From assembly GCA_000092065.1 (NCBI GenBank), contig CP000595.1: a stretch of 64,000 bases of DNA; one strand, written 5' to 3'. Positions within the stretch are counted from its first letter, which is position 1, and the number at the start of each line of letters is the position of its first letter. The DNA comes from Ostreococcus lucimarinus. Its lineage: Eukaryota. This document shows, piece by piece, positions 61,901-64,000 of the stretch. Both the position numbers and the translations under genes were made by a program. Under the pieces are notes generated by a model that was not told the DNA's origin, did no database searches, and worked only from the letters and a program-made list of their open reading frames with translations.

Positions 61901-61977
61901 ATGCCGCGCGATTGCGCGCGTCGAGAGACGTCGCGGACGTCGTCAGTCGATTGTGCGAAGGCATGCGATTAGAGTAG
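58903..61977 (+). CDS. NRPS-like single-module protein: adenylation (AMP-binding) domain + peptidyl-carrier (thiolation) domain fused to ankyrin repeats and armadillo-like repeats
   Basis: Adenylation core motifs: YTSGTTGKCKG (A3), NVYGATETT (A5), GEVAIGGICVADGYLN (A6), YLTGDRG (A7), GRLDRQVKIRGHRVELDEIE (A8), PLTSSGKTNR (A10). Carrier motif DAFDALGGTSLNVLAVS (LGGxS). Ankyrin-type repeats (ATHVAAARGNSEMLEMLLAAGA; TICHLAVRSGDVSTV; TPAAWALVAGSSEILAELRDAGANL). ARM-like C-terminus (IRELVCANAENREKARTIGLVPKLCELA...AIGALRNLA). Start at ATG 58903; the track start is a GTG. Confidence 0.8.
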   Translation: MSPPTLDAALRRNARERPSAIACVLVPNAREKNRKCFFTWDELHGVVDALARVLRADRHPRVLSFCRDGVEAFVALHACARARKSLVNVDAATPASRIRDVARDANATTCLCANDGDEDSVKSVLGEDGVAVRVWEVINAGAEAIEAEEDETREDDEIWIAYTSGTTGKCKGAAATHRRAMAYARAKCEVEEIDACSRVCLASNATFDLWHGDACAAAAAGAAVVVASRATFQHDFARVLREGEVTHVCCTPTMFSLARLPRGIVDAPKLRCVSLAGERMRESTIALWADDVALYNVYGATETTVVQTYARMRNAEDESTNRAGKAYEGFASVFVVDEMREGELAVQSFAQRRGVEGEVAIGGICVADGYLNDPERTARAFVHSPFGTVYLTGDRGYIDDAGDLYLRGRLDRQVKIRGHRVELDEIEAALRSCPALCDDAVVFYDANEGVLTSHARAASPTFDASSDADLYAFALERVVELRLPRHMVPRRHVFIEHARWPLTSSGKTNRQILLQWFASGETKAFRPKREKPQAGLETVVANAWAVALGHGDASDIGALDAFDALGGTSLNVLAVSKALASDDGIVRSRDTARGEIVREARIGLRDGEAAALLNDGEEPAACAFDVIDGPFAPCEIFARPVLRDYVDYLRAQGIDADVNAPASTAVEPQRDTSANRRMLAACGRGVAPVVRALLATGVEASGEHLRAAAASLADEAVDVVQTLLAAGADASSSSATAGTLATHVAAARGNSEMLEMLLAAGAPAGAKDADKQTICHLAVRSGDVSTVRVAANACKHLKTRKGGLESWDRWKRTPAAWALVAGSSEILAELRDAGANLTSLETDVSNAWVHGSLSAKSEVQLAHRPVRKRGAAAEVLSALAARLDAANVESERIEAATAIRELVCANAENREKARTIGLVPKLCELARDRHCVEAIGALRNLATNTSAAGAAGDAGAMEILGDVIRARAKLKDSELSADDRRVVYAAASAMRALAVKHDANAARLRASRDVADVVSRLCEGMRLE

Positions 61978-62014
61978 ATATATGTAGCGAAACTATAGCG
62001 TCTATTGAAACAAT

Positions 62015-64000
62015 TTAGCAAATTTGCGCACGCGTTTGAAGCAAGACGATGCGATCGCCCACGACGGCGCCTTCGATGTCTTGCGGCGAGCCTCGATAGC
62101 TCTCCACCGACTTGGCGATGTCGGAGATTCGTCTAATCATCGCTTCGCGCGCGAGGGAGTTCCACACGATAGACGACGCGGTGTAGTCCACCACGCGTTC
62201 TTCCGTAGGCTCGGCGGTGATGCTGTCGTAGAGACCAGCGCCGGCGAAATTTTCCAAGTCTTCACCGTTCGAGTCGCTTCTCGCGATGACGGTACCGCCG
62301 GATGGCGCAAAGTGCCCGCAGAGCTTACTCGGAAGCGAACGAAGCGTGACCTCACCCGTTGTCTTGCTCACCGTAAATCCGAGCGCACTACCAGCGTCGT
62401 TACCGACCAAAGTTTCCCCGAGACCGACGCAAATCTCACCAAAGATTTCATCCGCGTCGCCGGTGACAGGGTTGGCGGTGTGCACCACGAAGGCGAATTC
62501 GGCGTCCACGAGTTCCATGAGAAGCACGGCGACGTTGAGATCCTTGTCGTCGATGCCGCAGGATTTACGCGACAACCACGCACGCTCTGTCCATTTTGAC
62601 GCCCATACACCGCAAACGGCGTCCCAGAGTCGCGGGAGGTCGACGGATGGTGAAAGCTTCGCCGCCGCTTCGTCGAGCGCGGATTCCAAACCTTGCGGGC
62701 ACACGAGACGGGTGGCGATGATTTCTCGCGCATCCGCGAGCGCCGCACGGCGGTCTTCGGCGGTAGTCGCTGTCTCAATGGCGGCAACGGCTGCTTCGAG
62801 CGCAGTACGAGTGTCGACGTCTTCCTCGAGGGCGCGTTCAAAGGTGCCAAATGGAAGCGCGTACGATCCTGGCACGTCGACGTTCGCAATGTTCATTGCG
62901 GCGAGTTCCTTGGCCATTTCCGAAAGACTGTTGCTCTTGCCGCCGACAATATCGCTGCTGTACGCGTCAGGAGTAATCAGCCACGCGTCAGAGGGCTTGT
63001 AAGGGGCGATAGACACCTTGGTCGTCGCCTTGGCGCTCGCCGTCGTCGTCGCGTCGGAGACGTTGGCTTTATCAATCTGCACATCTTCACCCGCGATAGA
63101 GAATCGCACGTTTTCACCCGCCATCTCTAGGACTTTGTTCCAAAGTACGTCATCTGCGACGCTCGCGAGAAGCACGTTCGTGTTTCTCGCTCGAATGGCG
63201 ATGTGACTGAGCAGATCGACCGGCGCCTTGGTGACGACGGCCTTGACGCCCGCGGGAATGTCTTCCAACCCACCGAGCGTTTCGGTGAAGCAAACCATGG
63301 GAGTGGACGAAAAATCTTCGCCTTGAATCTCACTGAGCGTTTGAACTTTCGCCATCCCGGCGTACGTCTCGAGGCTGGCGTCGCCGACGCTGACAATTTG
63401 CCAAGGCGAGCGACCCGCGGCGGCTCGAACCGCCGGACGAAGCGTCGAAATCAATTGCGAGACGACAAACAGGCTGTGTGAGCGCACGTTTTCTTCCCCA
63501 AAGTTGATCAAGTACTTGGGATCAGCCTTGGTGGACTTAGACGCGATGATATCTGCAGCGTTTTGCGTAGCGCGGCACAAAAAGTCCATATCGCTCTCCA
63601 TGGCGAGAGCGCAGAAATCGAGCGCGGCGTCCATGGTCTTCGACCAGTCCGCGCCCCAGCGTTCGCCGTGACCGTCACCCATGGCGACTTGGAGAAATTT
63701 TAAGCCCTCGCCGATGCGCGTGGACTCGTTCGTCAGCGCGACGTTCGTCAAAGAAAGCTCGAGAAGCGAAAGCAAATCATCCGAGGACATTGCGCCGTAA
63801 TCGACGGCTTCCACCTTGGTTCTGAAAAACTTTTCCAACGTCGCGTCGAGCATGACGACGTCTCGGTTCGGGCTGTCGTGTTGCCAAACTCCGAGAAGCT
63901 TCTTACGAACTTCGATAATTTTCCCCGGCACCCACCACGCGTCGCGGTTTTGCAGCAAATCGTCCACCTCCCACGCCAAGTCGCCGGGCAAACCGTTTCT
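62015..64000 (-). CDS. GWD: Alpha-glucan / phosphoglucan water dikinase (GWD/PWD family), partial; N-terminus lies beyond the window end
   Basis: Phosphohistidine-domain block GVKAVVTKAPVDLLSHIAIRARNTNVLLAS (plant GWD: AVLTPDMPDVLSHVSVRARN.KV.FAT). PEP/ATP-grasp-type nucleotide-binding region GGKSNSLSEMAKEL ... NVAVLLMELVDAEFAFVVHTANPVTGDADEIFGEICVGLGETLVGN. The in-frame ORF is open to the window edge. Confidence 0.8.
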   Translation of the reverse strand, partial: RNGLPGDLAWEVDDLLQNRDAWWVPGKIIEVRKKLLGVWQHDSPNRDVVMLDATLEKFFRTKVEAVDYGAMSSDDLLSLLELSLTNVALTNESTRIGEGLKFLQVAMGDGHGERWGADWSKTMDAALDFCALAMESDMDFLCRATQNAADIIASKSTKADPKYLINFGEENVRSHSLFVVSQLISTLRPAVRAAAGRSPWQIVSVGDASLETYAGMAKVQTLSEIQGEDFSSTPMVCFTETLGGLEDIPAGVKAVVTKAPVDLLSHIAIRARNTNVLLASVADDVLWNKVLEMAGENVRFSIAGEDVQIDKANVSDATTTASAKATTKVSIAPYKPSDAWLITPDAYSSDIVGGKSNSLSEMAKELAAMNIANVDVPGSYALPFGTFERALEEDVDTRTALEAAVAAIETATTAEDRRAALADAREIIATRLVCPQGLESALDEAAAKLSPSVDLPRLWDAVCGVWASKWTERAWLSRKSCGIDDKDLNVAVLLMELVDAEFAFVVHTANPVTGDADEIFGEICVGLGETLVGNDAGSALGFTVSKTTGEVTLRSLPSKLCGHFAPSGGTVIARSDSNGEDLENFAGAGLYDSITAEPTEERVVDYTASSIVWNSLAREAMIRRISDIAKSVESYRGSPQDIEGAVVGDRIVLLQTRAQIC

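Noticed and set aside
1-64000. Giant-virus or prokaryotic origin (dense intron-less ORFs, ankyrin repeats, high GC)
   Set aside because: The window encodes core eukaryotic nuclear functions with vertebrate-collinear sequences: RB pocket protein, VPS41, EMC3, SNAPC3, a CENP-C motif protein and an Elongator-like subunit. It also encodes plastid-targeted ALS and glucan water dikinase. This points to a compact algal nuclear genome, not a virus or bacterium.

Overview
GC-rich (roughly 60-65% by eye), intron-poor, very gene-dense eukaryotic nuclear DNA. The gene content (plastid-type acetolactate synthase with an R/A-rich presequence, glucan water dikinase, RBCMT-like SET protein, retinoblastoma-related protein, VPS41, EMC3, OGG1, SNAPC3, a CENP-C-motif protein), ~40-300 bp intergenic spacers and near-absence of introns fit a compact picoeukaryotic green alga (Mamiellophyceae-like, e.g. 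Micromonas/Ostreococcus). The organism call is inference only. I support 19 protein-coding genes. The supplied ORF track uses ATG/GTG/TTG starts and ORF ends include the stop codon. About 14 housekeeping genes (1-25.6 kb) are followed by a head-to-head pair of giant paralogous receptor-like genes (25.9-58.7 kb). The 7,684-aa member carries signal peptide, PSI, EGF-like, Kringle, cadherin-like and ephrin-receptor-like Cys repeats, a multi-pass TM module shared with its 3,246-aa neighbour, and a C-terminal pore-less voltage-sensor domain (S1-S4). The 3,246-aa member ends in a zinc-ribbon array encoded by ~7.5 perfectly identical 99-bp tandem repeats. After the giant pair come an NRPS-like adenylation-carrier-ankyrin-armadillo protein and a truncated glucan water dikinase. 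No rRNA, tRNA, CRISPR or obvious transposon was seen. Many long Arg-rich ORFs in the track are antisense or frame artefacts of GC-rich coding DNA. All protein identifications rest on motif recall from the translations, not on database searches.
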